Positions 24,881-35,006 of a stretch of 64,000 nt of DNA are shown here, one piece after another. The stretch spans positions 3,447,190 to 3,511,189 of the forward strand of contig CBDEVZ010000008.1 of assembly GCA_965243735.1 (NCBI GenBank). Direction: 5' to 3'. Each line of letters begins with the position of its first letter. Within the stretch, counting starts at the first letter, position 1. The stretch comes from an uncultured Candidatus Binatia bacterium. Its GTDB lineage: Bacteria > Desulfobacterota > Binatia > Bin18. The position numbers and the translations under genes were made by a program. Below the pieces are notes generated by a model. The model saw only the letters and a program-made list of their open reading frames with translations. It did not search any database and was not told where the DNA came from.

Positions 24881-27160
24881 CTACGGCACGGCGGGCGGGG
24901 GGTCGGGCGAGGACGGGGGCGGCGCGCTCGGTGACGACGCGGACGGAGCGCGCAGAATGCGGCTGTCGATCATTTCCTTGAGAGTCTGAATCCGGCCGGT
25001 AAACTCCTGGCTCACCGCGCGCAGCTCCTGGCGGTTGCGGATCACCCGCGGGGTAATCAGAATAATCAGCTCGGTGCGCACGACCTCTTCGCTGTCAACC
25101 CGAAACAGCCGACCCAGCACCGGCACGTCCATCAGATACGGCACCCCGCTGCGGTTGCGGCGCACCTCATCGTCAATAATCCCGCCCAACACCACCGACT
25201 CGCCGTCCTGGACGACGACTGTGGTCTCGGCCTCGCGCGACACAAAGCTGGGCGAGTTGGTGCGGCCGAACTCCGCAGCGCCGACGGCGCTGACCTCCTG
25301 ACGAATCTCCAGATTGACCAGTCCTGCGGAGTTGACCTGGGGCAGAATCGTCAGGATTTTACCCGTCTCGCGGTACTGGACGCTGTTGATCGTCCGGGCG
25401 GTATCGGTCAGCGAGCTGGTTGAGGTTGAGGTCAGAATCGGCACTTCTTCACCAATCAGGATGTTGGCCTCGCGGTTATCCGCAGCAATGACGTGCGGGG
25501 TGGAGAGGATATTGACCCGGTTATCGGTCGCCAGGGCGTTCATCAGGACCAGAAACTCGTCGCGGTTGGTCAGAAAGCCGAAGATGCCCTGCGAACCTAC
25601 GCTCATGGCTCTGTTGGCCGCGCCGAGCAGGGAGCTGTTGGCGACGCTGAGGCTGGCCGAGCCGGGCGTATCGCCCACGCTGACCCCGCCGCTGGCCGAG
25701 CCCTCCGCACCGATCAGGCCGCCCAGCCCGCCCACCGACAGGGCATATTCGAGGCCAAAGACCAAGTCGTCGGTCAGTTTGATCTCGGCGATGATGGCCT
25801 CAATCAACACCTGCCGGGGCACGACATCGAGCTTGCGCAGGACATCCCGGATCATGGCGTAATCGCGCGGGGTGGCCAGGATGATCAGGGAGTTGGTGAT
25901 CTCGTCGGCCACGATCCGGACCTCTTCCTTGAAAATCGGCTTTTCATCCTCATCGGTAGACAGGAGCACGCTGCTGCTACCACCGCTGCGGCCGCCCCGT
26001 CGACCGCCGCTCAGGCCGCCCCGCCGGCCACCGCTGCCCAGGCCGCTGCCCGAGTTGCTGTCGCCGTCCGTGTTCAGAGCGCCGTCCGAGTCTTGCCGCC
26101 GGTTTCTCCTTCGATCCCTGTCATCGTCGCCTCCCCCGCCCCCGTACAGGCTGCCTAAAAGACCGGCCAGATCGTCGGCCTTGGCGTTTTCAACGGCATA
26201 CACATGCACGATGCGACCGCCCCCCTTTTCGGGCGGCACGTCGAGCACCTGCATCCATCTTTCGACATGGGTGAACACCTCGGGATTGAACGCAATCACC
26301 ACAACGGCGTTGAGGCGGGCCAGCGGTACGACGAACACCCCGTGCCGGGCGGCGACATCGGTCATCACCACACCGTAGGGTTCGAGTATGCTGGCCAGTT
26401 CCTCGCCCAGATCCTCGGCGTCGGCGTGCTCAATCCGGTACACCCGAGCGTGCAGGTCACGAAACGTATCCGTGTCAAACACCCCGACCATCTGCCTGAG
26501 GCGGCGGACATTCAGGGCCAGGTCGGAAATGACGACCAGGTTGGCGCGCGGATAGGCCAGCACGTCACCGCCGGGCGAGATGAACGGCTGGAGGATTTTG
26601 GCCATCTCCTCGGCCGCCACATGCTTGACCTTGACGACCTCGATGACAAAGCGGTCCTCGGCGCGCAGCTGCTGATATTCGGCGCGGCTCTGGGGCACGA
26701 CGGCCTTGGTTTTGCCCTCGGCGACCGGGACAATATGGTAGATGCCGTCAACCAGGTTGGCCGACACCCCGCTGCTGCGCAGAATCTGGTGGAACATGGG
26801 CAACAGCTCGTCGCGCGGGATATCGCTGGCCGTCCGAATGGTGACCTGGCCTTGGACGCGCGGATCGATGATGTAGTGAATGCCCAGGGTCGCGGCAATG
26901 GTGTGGATCACCTCGCGGATGTCGGCGCCCTCAAAATTGAGCCGCACGGCGTCCGAGTTGACGGTGAGCAGGCCGGGTTCTGCGGCCGCCTCGTCGCCGT
27001 CGGGTGATTCGGCAGGTTCTGCGGCCGCCTCGTCGGCGGGCTGGGCAAAGGCCGCAGGAAGCGGGCCGGCAGCCCACAGGCCGAGCATGACGGCCAGACT
27101 CAGCCGGAGCGCGCGAACAAACCGCCAGCGTTTTTCCACCTGTCCTCCCGTGTTGTGCAT
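24881..27160 (-). CDS. gspD: Type II secretion secretin
   Basis: LNFEGADIREVI (N0), N domains, QVLIEAIIAEI, PYLMDVPVLGRLF and TELIILITPRVI secretin motifs. Confidence 0.95.
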   Translation of the reverse strand: MHNTGGQVEKRWRFVRALRLSLAVMLGLWAAGPLPAAFAQPADEAAAEPAESPDGDEAAAEPGLLTVNSDAVRLNFEGADIREVIHTIAATLGIHYIIDPRVQGQVTIRTASDIPRDELLPMFHQILRSSGVSANLVDGIYHIVPVAEGKTKAVVPQSRAEYQQLRAEDRFVIEVVKVKHVAAEEMAKILQPFISPGGDVLAYPRANLVVISDLALNVRRLRQMVGVFDTDTFRDLHARVYRIEHADAEDLGEELASILEPYGVVMTDVAARHGVFVVPLARLNAVVVIAFNPEVFTHVERWMQVLDVPPEKGGGRIVHVYAVENAKADDLAGLLGSLYGGGGGDDDRDRRRNRRQDSDGALNTDGDSNSGSGLGSGGRRGGLSGGRRGGRSGGSSSVLLSTDEDEKPIFKEEVRIVADEITNSLIILATPRDYAMIRDVLRKLDVVPRQVLIEAIIAEIKLTDDLVFGLEYALSVGGLGGLIGAEGSASGGVSVGDTPGSASLSVANSSLLGAANRAMSVGSQGIFGFLTNRDEFLVLMNALATDNRVNILSTPHVIAADNREANILIGEEVPILTSTSTSSLTDTARTINSVQYRETGKILTILPQVNSAGLVNLEIRQEVSAVGAAEFGRTNSPSFVSREAETTVVVQDGESVVLGGIIDDEVRRNRSGVPYLMDVPVLGRLFRVDSEEVVRTELIILITPRVIRNRQELRAVSQEFTGRIQTLKEMIDSRILRAPSASSPSAPPPSSPDPPPAVP

Positions 27161-27172
27161 ATGCGGGCGGGA

Positions 27173-28027
27173 CTAACTGTCCCGCTCCTCAGGTTGGCGG
27201 TCTGTCTGGCGATCCGTCTGGCGCTCGGACTGACGCTCGGACCGGGCTGCCCGCTCCGCATCCCGGGTCTCCCGGCGCTCGCGGGCGCGACGGCGGCGGA
27301 TTTCTCGCAGCTGCCGCTGGAGCTGGCGGATATTCTGCCGAATGGTGGTGGCTTCGTCTTTGCCGTCGTCTTTTGCGTCGGTTTTTTCCGCAGCCTGGGT
27401 GGCGGCCGTCTGGACGGCGTCGCTGCCCAGGACCAGCGGCGAGGCTGCGGTGTCGGCTTTGCCCTCGGCGTCCTGCGCTTGCGCCGCAGCCTGTCGCCGG
27501 GGCTGTTTGGTCCGCGGCGCCTTTACCGCCTCGCTGCTCTTCTGGATATTGAGGCTGAGGCTGACTTCCTCTCCGCCCGCGCCAAGGGCGAGCGTGGCAT
27601 CGGAGTGCGTCAGCCGGGTCAGCTGATAGGCGTCGAAGCTGTCGCCGGAACGCACCCGGGTGACCTTGCCGCCCTTGGAGGCATCGGCAAACAGCGCCTC
27701 AAGACGGCCGTCGGCCATGAAAACGCCGACCAGCTTGAGGTGGTCGGGCGGCGGAATAACAATTTTTTGCTCGTCCGGGTTCGGCGGAGGGATTTTCCGG
27801 GCCGGCCGCCGGTCGGGGGCAAACAGATTCTTGGCGGTAATCACGCCGGCCAGCCTTCTTCCGGTCGTTGGCTGGGCTCGGGGAAGCGTCGGGATGGCGG
27901 TGTCCAGGTCGGTCAGCGCCTCGGTCGCTACGGGCGGCCGGACGCCACTCCAGGCCACAAACACCTGCCAGCCGAGGCCGCACACCCCGAGCAGCAAGAC
28001 CATGTGAATAACGCGTTGGAATCGCAT
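27173..28027 (-). CDS. GspC/PilP-like T2SS accessory protein
   Basis: N-terminal TM, NLFAPDR, LKLVGVF...VRSGDSF beta domain; position between gspM and gspD. Confidence 0.55.
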   Translation of the reverse strand: MRFQRVIHMVLLLGVCGLGWQVFVAWSGVRPPVATEALTDLDTAIPTLPRAQPTTGRRLAGVITAKNLFAPDRRPARKIPPPNPDEQKIVIPPPDHLKLVGVFMADGRLEALFADASKGGKVTRVRSGDSFDAYQLTRLTHSDATLALGAGGEEVSLSLNIQKSSEAVKAPRTKQPRRQAAAQAQDAEGKADTAASPLVLGSDAVQTAATQAAEKTDAKDDGKDEATTIRQNIRQLQRQLREIRRRRARERRETRDAERAARSERQSERQTDRQTDRQPEERDS

Positions 28028-28039
28028 ACGCTGCTCTCC

Positions 28040-28678
28040 TCAGGAGGCGTCGGCCTGTCGCATCACGCCCCCGACGGTGAGGGTGATGTTGAGCGATCTG
28101 TTGGCCTGGGCGGTGGTACGCCGCCGTGCCCTGCGCCGTCGTGCGCGGCTGCGGCTGCGGCGGCCCGACGCGCTGCGCATCTCCAGGCTGGAAACGGACA
28201 GCAGCCAGTCGCCATACTCGATCCCGGCCAGAAAGTTGGCCAGCGCGGGCAATTCCCCGCGCAGCGTGACCTGCACCAGCGCTTTGCGATAGTCGCCCAG
28301 CGGCTGCTCCTTCATGACTTGGGCGCTGACAAGCTCCAGGCCGCTCTGGCCGGCCAGCGTCTGGAGCCGCTCCTGGAGCTGGGCTGTGGCCAGGGCCGGG
28401 GTGGTCTCGGGAATGAAGCGCGCCTCCAGGGCCGTAAACTGTTGGCGGAGATTTGTGACGTGGCGTGCCAGGTCGGGGGCGCTGTCTTTGCGCTCGCGCA
28501 TCTGGCGGGCTCTGTCCGCCTCGCGCTCAATGCGCTCCTGCAAGCGCTGGACGTAGGCCCGATACGGATCGACCACGCCGTAACGCAGGACGGCCAGCAC
28601 CAGAATCGCCCCGGCCACTCCGGCCAGGAGGCGTTCCCGGCCTGAGAACCGCTGCCACAGGTGGATCAGCTGGCGCAC
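28040..28678 (-). CDS. gspM: T2SS GspM/PilO-like protein
   Basis: SGRERLL followed by TM, coiled coil and ferredoxin-like LANFLAGIE segment. Confidence 0.75.
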   Translation of the reverse strand: MRQLIHLWQRFSGRERLLAGVAGAILVLAVLRYGVVDPYRAYVQRLQERIEREADRARQMRERKDSAPDLARHVTNLRQQFTALEARFIPETTPALATAQLQERLQTLAGQSGLELVSAQVMKEQPLGDYRKALVQVTLRGELPALANFLAGIEYGDWLLSVSSLEMRSASGRRSRSRARRRRARRRTTAQANRSLNITLTVGGVMRQADAS

Positions 28679-30087
28679 GGGTGGACCACCTCGGCGCCCA
28701 GGGTGAAGGTCTCGCCCTGAGCCGTTGTTGTAAACGGCGCTTTGGGGGCGACGTTTTTCAGGCATTCGAGCCGGTTGAGGGCCGCCACCAGCTCCGATGC
28801 GGGCCGGGTCTTGGCCACCCCGCTCAGCTCGACCCGGCCCTCCCGGTACTGAAAGCCGGTCAGATACATATCGGTGGGGATGGTGTCCGACAGACGCCGC
28901 AGGAGCGGCAGCAGGCGTTTGTCCATCTCCGTGCCGAGGACCGTCAGGCGCCCGGCCAGCAGGTCGGCTTCGGACTGGTCGGCCAGCACCTGGTCAACCT
29001 CGGGGGTGAAGGTTTCGATCTGGTGGGTCAGGGCGCTGAGCGCTCGGCGGTTCTGGACCACGACCCCCAGCGCCCAGGCCAGACCGAGGAGCAGAACGAG
29101 ACTCGCCAGCACCAGGCTTGAGGCCGACAGCCGTTTTTCGCGCGGCGCCCGACTGGCCGGAGGCAAGACGTTGATGCCGCTGGTGACCTCTCCCACCGCC
29201 TGGACGGCGGCTCCCAGAGCCGGCAATGCGGCCGGGGACAGGTCGGACTCCGGGGGCAGGCCAAAACGTGTGCCGGCCAGCGCGCCGAGGTCGTGGTCGA
29301 TGTGCAGCGTAGCGGGGAGCCGACCGTTTGTTCCCCAGGCCACAATCGAGGTGTCATCAACCGAGGCGCCCGGCAGGTTGCGGCCGATGGCCTGGGCCAG
29401 GAAGTCGTCAAGAGCCTCGGCCTCGGACGTGTCATGGGCGGAAAACAGGTGGCTGGCGATCAGGCGTTTGTCCCCGATGAAGCTCAACTCCAGCTTATCG
29501 CCCTCCGGTCCGATGATCACACACGCGTCGGCGGCCGTTGGCAGACACGGCAGCAGGGCGCTCATTTGGGCACAGCTGCTGATGGTGACCATGTGGGGCC
29601 GCAGGGCGAGCGCCGAGAGCACGCTCAGCAGGTCTTCGACCTCGCTGCGGCGCAGGCAGAACAGGGTCACGCCCAGGCGTCCCTCTTCGCTGCCGACCGG
29701 ATGGGTGAGGTAGTCGTAGTAGAGTTCGTCCTTGGGAAAGGGGAAGAGCCGCTCGACCTCATAGCCGATGGCGTTGTCCAGCGAAGTCCGGGCGGCCTCG
29801 GGTAGGGTCAGGCGGCTGACACTGGCCATGTGTCTGGGCAGACACAGGACGACTTGATTCGGGCTGATGTCCGTCTCACTCAGAAACTCCCGCAGCGCCT
29901 GTTCACAAGCCGTCAGACGTTCCCGACCGGATTCAGGCAGGGGGACCGTTCGCGCATGGCTCACGTTCACCCGCCAGAAGCGCTTGGCCATATACACCAG
30001 GCTGATCTCGCGGGGACCGATGCCAATCCCCAGCCCGTCCAGATAATCAATCTTGGCGAGCTGCTGAAATGAAGCGCTTATGTCCAC
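28666..30087 (-). CDS. gspL: T2SS GspL/PilM-PilN-like protein
   Basis: Actin-like cytoplasmic domain (PFPKDELYYDY), INVLP, TM, PilN domain (VELSGVA). Start could be 30105. Confidence 0.75.
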   Translation of the reverse strand: MDISASFQQLAKIDYLDGLGIGIGPREISLVYMAKRFWRVNVSHARTVPLPESGRERLTACEQALREFLSETDISPNQVVLCLPRHMASVSRLTLPEAARTSLDNAIGYEVERLFPFPKDELYYDYLTHPVGSEEGRLGVTLFCLRRSEVEDLLSVLSALALRPHMVTISSCAQMSALLPCLPTAADACVIIGPEGDKLELSFIGDKRLIASHLFSAHDTSEAEALDDFLAQAIGRNLPGASVDDTSIVAWGTNGRLPATLHIDHDLGALAGTRFGLPPESDLSPAALPALGAAVQAVGEVTSGINVLPPASRAPREKRLSASSLVLASLVLLLGLAWALGVVVQNRRALSALTHQIETFTPEVDQVLADQSEADLLAGRLTVLGTEMDKRLLPLLRRLSDTIPTDMYLTGFQYREGRVELSGVAKTRPASELVAALNRLECLKNVAPKAPFTTTAQGETFTLGAEVVHPCAS

Positions 30088-30178
30088 CCTGTCCCCCGCC
30101 GCCACGTCCCGACGCTGAAACCGTGTCTGCGGTTCCGGCCGGGCCGACTCGTGTGTGTCCGAGAGCGGACACCGGGCA

Positions 30179-30661
30179 TTAGCTGCTCTCCCAACTGTTG
30201 ATGTCCGCGCCCTCCTCGCTGCCCCCGGCTACGCCGTCCGCTCCGTGGGAGACCAGATCGTAGGCCTCGCGTTCGCCGGGGCTGCGATAGATATACTGCG
30301 TACCCCAGGGGTCTTTGGGCACGTCTTTCTTGAGGTAGGGCCCGTCCCAGCGGTCCAGACCGGCCGGACGCTGGCGCAGCGCGGTCAGCCCTTCCTGCGA
30401 GTTGGGATAGCGGCCGACATCGAGACGGAACATGTCCAGGGCGGCGCCCAGGTTCTCGATCTGAGCCCGGGCGGCGTCTCTTTTGGCTGAGTCGACCCGC
30501 CCGATATAGTTGGGCGCGACCAGGGCGACCAGGAGCCCGAGAATGACCATCACGACCAGGAGTTCGACCAGGGTAAAACCGGCCTGGGTAAAACCGGCCC
30601 GACCGGCGGCCAACAGCGAGCGACATTTTTGCTGCGTCATGTGAGTCAGCCTCCTTCTCAT
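30179..30661 (-). CDS. gspG: T2SS major pseudopilin
   Basis: GFTLVELLVVMVILGLL, LDVGRYP, W.GPYL, DPWGT.Y.YRSPG. Confidence 0.95.
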   Translation of the reverse strand: MRRRLTHMTQQKCRSLLAAGRAGFTQAGFTLVELLVVMVILGLLVALVAPNYIGRVDSAKRDAARAQIENLGAALDMFRLDVGRYPNSQEGLTALRQRPAGLDRWDGPYLKKDVPKDPWGTQYIYRSPGEREAYDLVSHGADGVAGGSEEGADINSWESS

Positions 30662-30665
30662 AGAT

Positions 30666-31910
30666 TCAGAATGCCATGTTGTTGACGCTGAACAGCCCCA
30701 GCAGCATGGCGATGACCACAAAGCCGACAATGAGGCCCATCGTCAGCAGCAGGACGGGTTCGACCAGCGAGGTCAGGCGGCGCAGCTGATTCTGGGTATC
30801 ACGTTCATAATACTCGGCCACCTGCATGAGCATCTCGTCAAGACGGCCGGTTTCTTCGCCCACACTGACCATCTGCAAGGCCAGAGACGGAAAGACGCCG
30901 CTCTGGCCGAGCGGAGCGGCAATGCCCTCGCCCTCTCGCACGCCGCTGCGGACTTCCGTCAGCGTGCGCCGGATGACCTGATTGCCGACCACCTCTTCCA
31001 CGAGTTCCATGGCTTGCAAGAGCGGCACTCCGCTCTTGAGCAGGGTGCTCAGGGTGCGGGCGAAACGTCCGACTTCGCGCTTCTGCAGCAGCTGACCGAT
31101 TACCGCCGCCCGCAGACTCCAGCCGTCCCAGGCCAGGCGTCCCTGGGGGGTGGCCAGATAGCGCCACAGTCCAACCCCGGCCCCGGTCAGAACGAACACC
31201 AACCCCCACCAATAGTCGCGGAGGCCGTGGCTCAGGGCCAGCAAAAAGCGGGTGGCAAGCGGCAGGGCCTCGCCCATATCTTCGAACAGCACAGCAAATT
31301 TGGGCAGGACGAAGGTAAACATCAGGACAATCGCCGCTCCGCCGACCAGCACCAGAATGGAGGGATAGGCCAGGGCGGATTTCACCTCGTCCTGCACCTC
31401 CTGGGCGCGTTCCAGGTACTCGGCCAAGCGTTCCAGGGCCGTATTCAGAAAGCCGCCCAACTCACCGGCTTTGACCATATTGACGTACAGCGGCGGAAAA
31501 ATCCTGGGATAGGCGGCCAGGGACTCGGCCAGGGACTTGCCCTGCTGCACGTCGCGCAGGATCTGCTCCACGGCCCCGCGGAGTTCGGCCCGGTTGGTCA
31601 GGTCGCTCAGAACCGACAGTGCGCGGTCGAGCGGCAGACCGGCGGACAACAGCGCCGCCAGCTCCTGGGTCACCAGCAACACGTCCCGCTGGCGCACCCG
31701 GCCCTGGCCCGGCAAGCTGGTCAGATTTGGCAGGTTCAGACGCCGGCCCTGCGTCTTGGCCGCCGTTCTGTGGTCGGGCAGATCGATGTCCAGGGGCAGA
31801 TAGCCCTGGTCGTGCAGACGTGCGACGACCAGCTGCTCTGCGCCGGCATCCATCACGCCCTCAATAATTTTTCCTTGGGAGGTTGCCGCCCGATAGTGAA
31901 ACTGTGGCAT
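30666..31910 (-). CDS. gspF: T2SS inner-membrane platform protein
   Basis: LLSAGLPL, MVKAGELGG, GEETGRLDEML, LVEPVLLL. Confidence 0.95.
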   Translation of the reverse strand: MPQFHYRAATSQGKIIEGVMDAGAEQLVVARLHDQGYLPLDIDLPDHRTAAKTQGRRLNLPNLTSLPGQGRVRQRDVLLVTQELAALLSAGLPLDRALSVLSDLTNRAELRGAVEQILRDVQQGKSLAESLAAYPRIFPPLYVNMVKAGELGGFLNTALERLAEYLERAQEVQDEVKSALAYPSILVLVGGAAIVLMFTFVLPKFAVLFEDMGEALPLATRFLLALSHGLRDYWWGLVFVLTGAGVGLWRYLATPQGRLAWDGWSLRAAVIGQLLQKREVGRFARTLSTLLKSGVPLLQAMELVEEVVGNQVIRRTLTEVRSGVREGEGIAAPLGQSGVFPSLALQMVSVGEETGRLDEMLMQVAEYYERDTQNQLRRLTSLVEPVLLLTMGLIVGFVVIAMLLGLFSVNNMAF

Positions 31911-32005
31911 GGGTATGCGAGAATCTTAAGGGCTAAAAAAAATCGAGTCAAGCAGCGGACTTGACACGCTCCGCAGGTGTGTTAGGTAGGTTTCCAACAC
32001 AAATT

Positions 32006-32123
32006 CCCCGGGTCTCAATGGCGGAGGGGCCACACCCGTTCCCATACCGAACACGGCCGTTAAGCCCTCCAGCGCCGATGGTACTGCCTCTTCTGGGGGT
32101 GGGAGAGTAGGACGAGGCCGGGG
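32006..32123 (+). rRNA. rrf: 5S rRNA (stand-alone)
   Basis: CACCCGTTCCCATACCGAACACGG, GCCGATGGTACT and GGGAGAGTAGG conserved blocks; terminal CCCCGG/CCGGGG stem; TTGACA at 31961. Confidence 0.95.
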
Positions 32124-32145
32124 GTTTTTTGTTGATGCAGACCAG

Positions 32146-32217
<72 letters not shown>

Positions 32218-32258
32218 TCGTCTTTCTGACGCCGCAGCGACATATCCCTGGAACCCGT

Positions 32259-32456
32259 ATGTCCCACAGCCCGACCTGCCCGACCTGCCGCGAAGCCGTT
32301 GCCTGGCAGGGCAATCCCTTTCGGCCCTTCTGTTCGGACCGCTGCCGGACGCTTGATCTCGGCGCCTGGGCCGACGAAGCCTATCGCATTCCGGGCGAGC
32401 CTGAGGTCGAACCGGGTGAGCCTGCCGAACGCCGCCCACCCGACAAGCTCCACTAG
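32259..32456 (+). CDS. yacG: DNA gyrase inhibitor YacG
   Basis: CPTC...[21 protein letters not shown] zinc finger. Confidence 0.9.
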   Translation: MSHSPTCPTCREAVAWQGNPFRPFCSDRCRTLDLGAWADEAYRIPGEPEVEPGEPAERRPPDKLH

Positions 32457-32462
32457 CCCGCC

Positions 32463-33266
32463 ATGCCGATACATCCCAGCGCGGTCGTCGATCCTCGGGC
32501 AGACGTTGATCCCCAGGCTCACATCGGGCCGTATGTGGTGATTGACGGGCCGGTTCGGGTGGGAGCCGGAACCCGGGTTCTGGCCCATGCCGCTCTGTGC
32601 GGCTGGACCGACATTGGCGAGGAGAATGTGATTCATATGGGCGCGGTCATCGGCCATGAGCCCCAGGACCTGTCCTACGCCGGCCAGCAGACCTTTCTCA
32701 AGATCGGCCACCGGAATGTCTTTCGTGAGCACAGTCAGGTCCATCGGGGCACGGCCGAGGGCAGCACCACCCTCATCGGGGACGACAACTACCTGATGCA
32801 GAACGCCCATGTCGCCCATAATTGCCGGATCGGTAACCGGACGATTATTGCCGGGGGTGCGCTACTGGCCGGCTATGTGCAGGTCGCGGACCGTGCCTTC
32901 GTGTCCGGCAACTGCGTGGTCCACCAGTTTGTGCGGATCGGAACCCTGGCCCTGCTGCGGGGCTTGTCGCGGACCAGCCGTGACGTGCCGCCCTTCTGCA
33001 TTATGGACGGCACCCACACGGTCAGAGGTCTCAACCGGGTCGGCCTGCGGCGGGCAGGTTTCAGCCCGGAACGGATCCGAGCCTTGCACGCCGCCTTTGG
33101 CCGCCTGTTTCGGAAAAAAATCAACCTGAAACGAGAGACTGAGGCGCTGCGTCGAGAGCCTTGTACGCCCGACGTACTGGCCTTGCTCGACTTTATTCAG
33201 CAGTCCGAACGGGGGGTGTGTTTTGGGCCGCGCCAGGCGCAACAGGACGGGTTGACTGGGGACTGA
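32463..33266 (+). CDS. lpxA: UDP-N-acetylglucosamine O-acyltransferase
   Basis: IHPSAVV, hexapeptide repeats, PQDL, HRGT, HVAHNC, VHQF, GLNRVGLRR. Confidence 0.92.
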   Translation: MPIHPSAVVDPRADVDPQAHIGPYVVIDGPVRVGAGTRVLAHAALCGWTDIGEENVIHMGAVIGHEPQDLSYAGQQTFLKIGHRNVFREHSQVHRGTAEGSTTLIGDDNYLMQNAHVAHNCRIGNRTIIAGGALLAGYVQVADRAFVSGNCVVHQFVRIGTLALLRGLSRTSRDVPPFCIMDGTHTVRGLNRVGLRRAGFSPERIRALHAAFGRLFRKKINLKRETEALRREPCTPDVLALLDFIQQSERGVCFGPRQAQQDGLTGD

Positions 33267-33268
33267 AA

Positions 33269-33341
33269 AGGCGGCGACCGGATTTGAACCGGTGAATGGC
33301 GGTTTTGCAGACCGCTCCCTTAACCACTTGGGTACGCCGCC
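33269..33341 (-). tRNA. tRNA-Cys(GCA)
   Basis: Reverse complement GGCGGCGTACCCAAGTGG...GGTCTGCAAAACC...GGTTCAAATCC. Confidence 0.95.
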
Positions 33342-33410
33342 ACAGGCGAAAACACAGGCGGCCAGTCTAGCCGGCCCGGCCCTGGATTGCAACACCGTCC
33401 CTGTGTCTCT

Positions 33411-33510
33411 TCAATCCCCCTGCGCTCCCACGCTTCCCCTTTGCAACGTGTGAGGCATATTGCGTTATCCAGCGGCCCGAAGGGCCGGGGTGGGTTCTTT
33501 TTGATGCGTT
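33411..33510. repeat. Nested palindromic element remnant
   Basis: AATCCCCCTGCGCT..CCCCTTTGC followed by AACGTGTGAGGCA...GGGCCGGGGTGGG; related to 16700-16880 (inverted). Confidence 0.7.
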
Positions 33511-33645
33511 GAAGAGGGAAACTGAGACAGATTTTCCCGGCGCAACTGCCGCAGTCAGAGCGAGCCGCTGTGGCTTCTCCCTTGACATCCGGGCAGCCGC
33601 CACATAGGACAGACCACAGCCCACAAGCCCCGATTCACAACGCAT

Positions 33646-34986
33646 ATGATTGAACGCTATACCCGCCCGATCATGGGTCAGATTTGGTCGGAAGAGAACA
33701 AATTCGCCAAGTGGCTGGAGGTCGAGTTGCTGGCCTGCGAGGCCCTGGCCGAACACGGCCAGATTCCGCGCGCCGCAGCCGAAGAACTTCGCCAGCGGGC
33801 AGTCCTGAACCTGCCCCGCATGCGGGAGATTGAGGCCGAGGTCAAGCACGATGTGGTCGCTTTTGTGTCGTCCGTGGCCGAGCCGCTGGGTGAGGCAGGG
33901 CGCTACCTGCACCTGGGCCTGACCTCGTCGGACGTCATCGACACCGCGTTTGCCGTCCAGCTGTGCGAGGCGACCGACCTCCTGCTGGCCGATGTCGAGG
34001 CCCTGCTGGCGATCCTCAAACGTCTGGCCCGCGAACACGCCCAGACCCTGACGATCGGCCGGACCCACGGCGTCCACGCCGAACCCATTACCTTTGGCCT
34101 CAAAGCCGCTCACTGGTACGCCGAGATGCAGCGCGGTCAGACCCGCCTGCGCCAGGCCCGCCAGGACATTGCCCACGGTAAAATCTCGGGCGCGGTCGGC
34201 ACGTTTGCCAATATCGACCCGGAGATCGAAGCCTTTGTGTGCCGCCGGCTTGGGCTCCAGCCCGAGCCGATTTCCACCCAGATCGTGCCCCGCGACCGTC
34301 ACGCGGCCTTCTTCTCGATCCTGGCCCTGATCGGCAGCTCGCTGGAACGGATTGCGACCGAGCTGCGCCATTTGCAGCGCACCGAAGTCCTGGAAGTCGA
34401 AGAGCCGTTCAGCCCCGGTCAGAAGGGCTCCTCGGCCATGCCCCACAAGCGGAACCCGTGGCAGCTGGAAAACGTGTGCGGCTCGGCCCGCCTGCTGCGG
34501 GGCTATGCCCTGTCGGCCTTTGAAAACATTCCCGTGTGGCATGAGCGCGATATCAGCCATTCGTCGGTCGAACGGGTCATTGGCCCGGACGCCACCATCC
34601 TGCTCGACTTCATGCTGGTGCGGCTGAGCGGCATTCTGGACCGACTGGTGGTCCATCCCGAGCGGATGCACGACAACATGACGACCCTGGGCGAAATGAT
34701 CTACTCCGAGCACGTCCTGCTGGCCCTGGTCCGCAAAGGCGTCAGCCGTGACGAGGCCTACCGCTGGGTGCAGCGCAACGCCATGCGGGTGTGGGAGACG
34801 GGCGCCTCGTTTGCCGCTGCGGTGCGCCAGGACCCGGACATCTGCGGCCTGCTTGAGCCGGCCGAGATTGATCGGCTGTTTGACGCCCGCCACGCCCTAC
34901 GCCATACCCAGACCATCATCGAACGCGCCCTGATGGGGAATCGTGATGACCACGAGCCGCAACAGGAGAGCACACTTCCCCATTGA
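33646..34986 (+). CDS. purB: Adenylosuccinate lyase
   Basis: MIERYTRP, GRTHGVHAEP, GSSAMPHKRNP. Confidence 0.97.
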   Translation: MIERYTRPIMGQIWSEENKFAKWLEVELLACEALAEHGQIPRAAAEELRQRAVLNLPRMREIEAEVKHDVVAFVSSVAEPLGEAGRYLHLGLTSSDVIDTAFAVQLCEATDLLLADVEALLAILKRLAREHAQTLTIGRTHGVHAEPITFGLKAAHWYAEMQRGQTRLRQARQDIAHGKISGAVGTFANIDPEIEAFVCRRLGLQPEPISTQIVPRDRHAAFFSILALIGSSLERIATELRHLQRTEVLEVEEPFSPGQKGSSAMPHKRNPWQLENVCGSARLLRGYALSAFENIPVWHERDISHSSVERVIGPDATILLDFMLVRLSGILDRLVVHPERMHDNMTTLGEMIYSEHVLLALVRKGVSRDEAYRWVQRNAMRVWETGASFAAAVRQDPDICGLLEPAEIDRLFDARHALRHTQTIIERALMGNRDDHEPQQESTLPH

Positions 34987-35006
34987 GCCACGCCCAGGCG
35001 ACCCCC

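Noticed and set aside
25970-26150. Gly/Arg/Ser-rich tract in GspD
   Set aside because: Low-complexity loops in the N3 domain are common in secretins.
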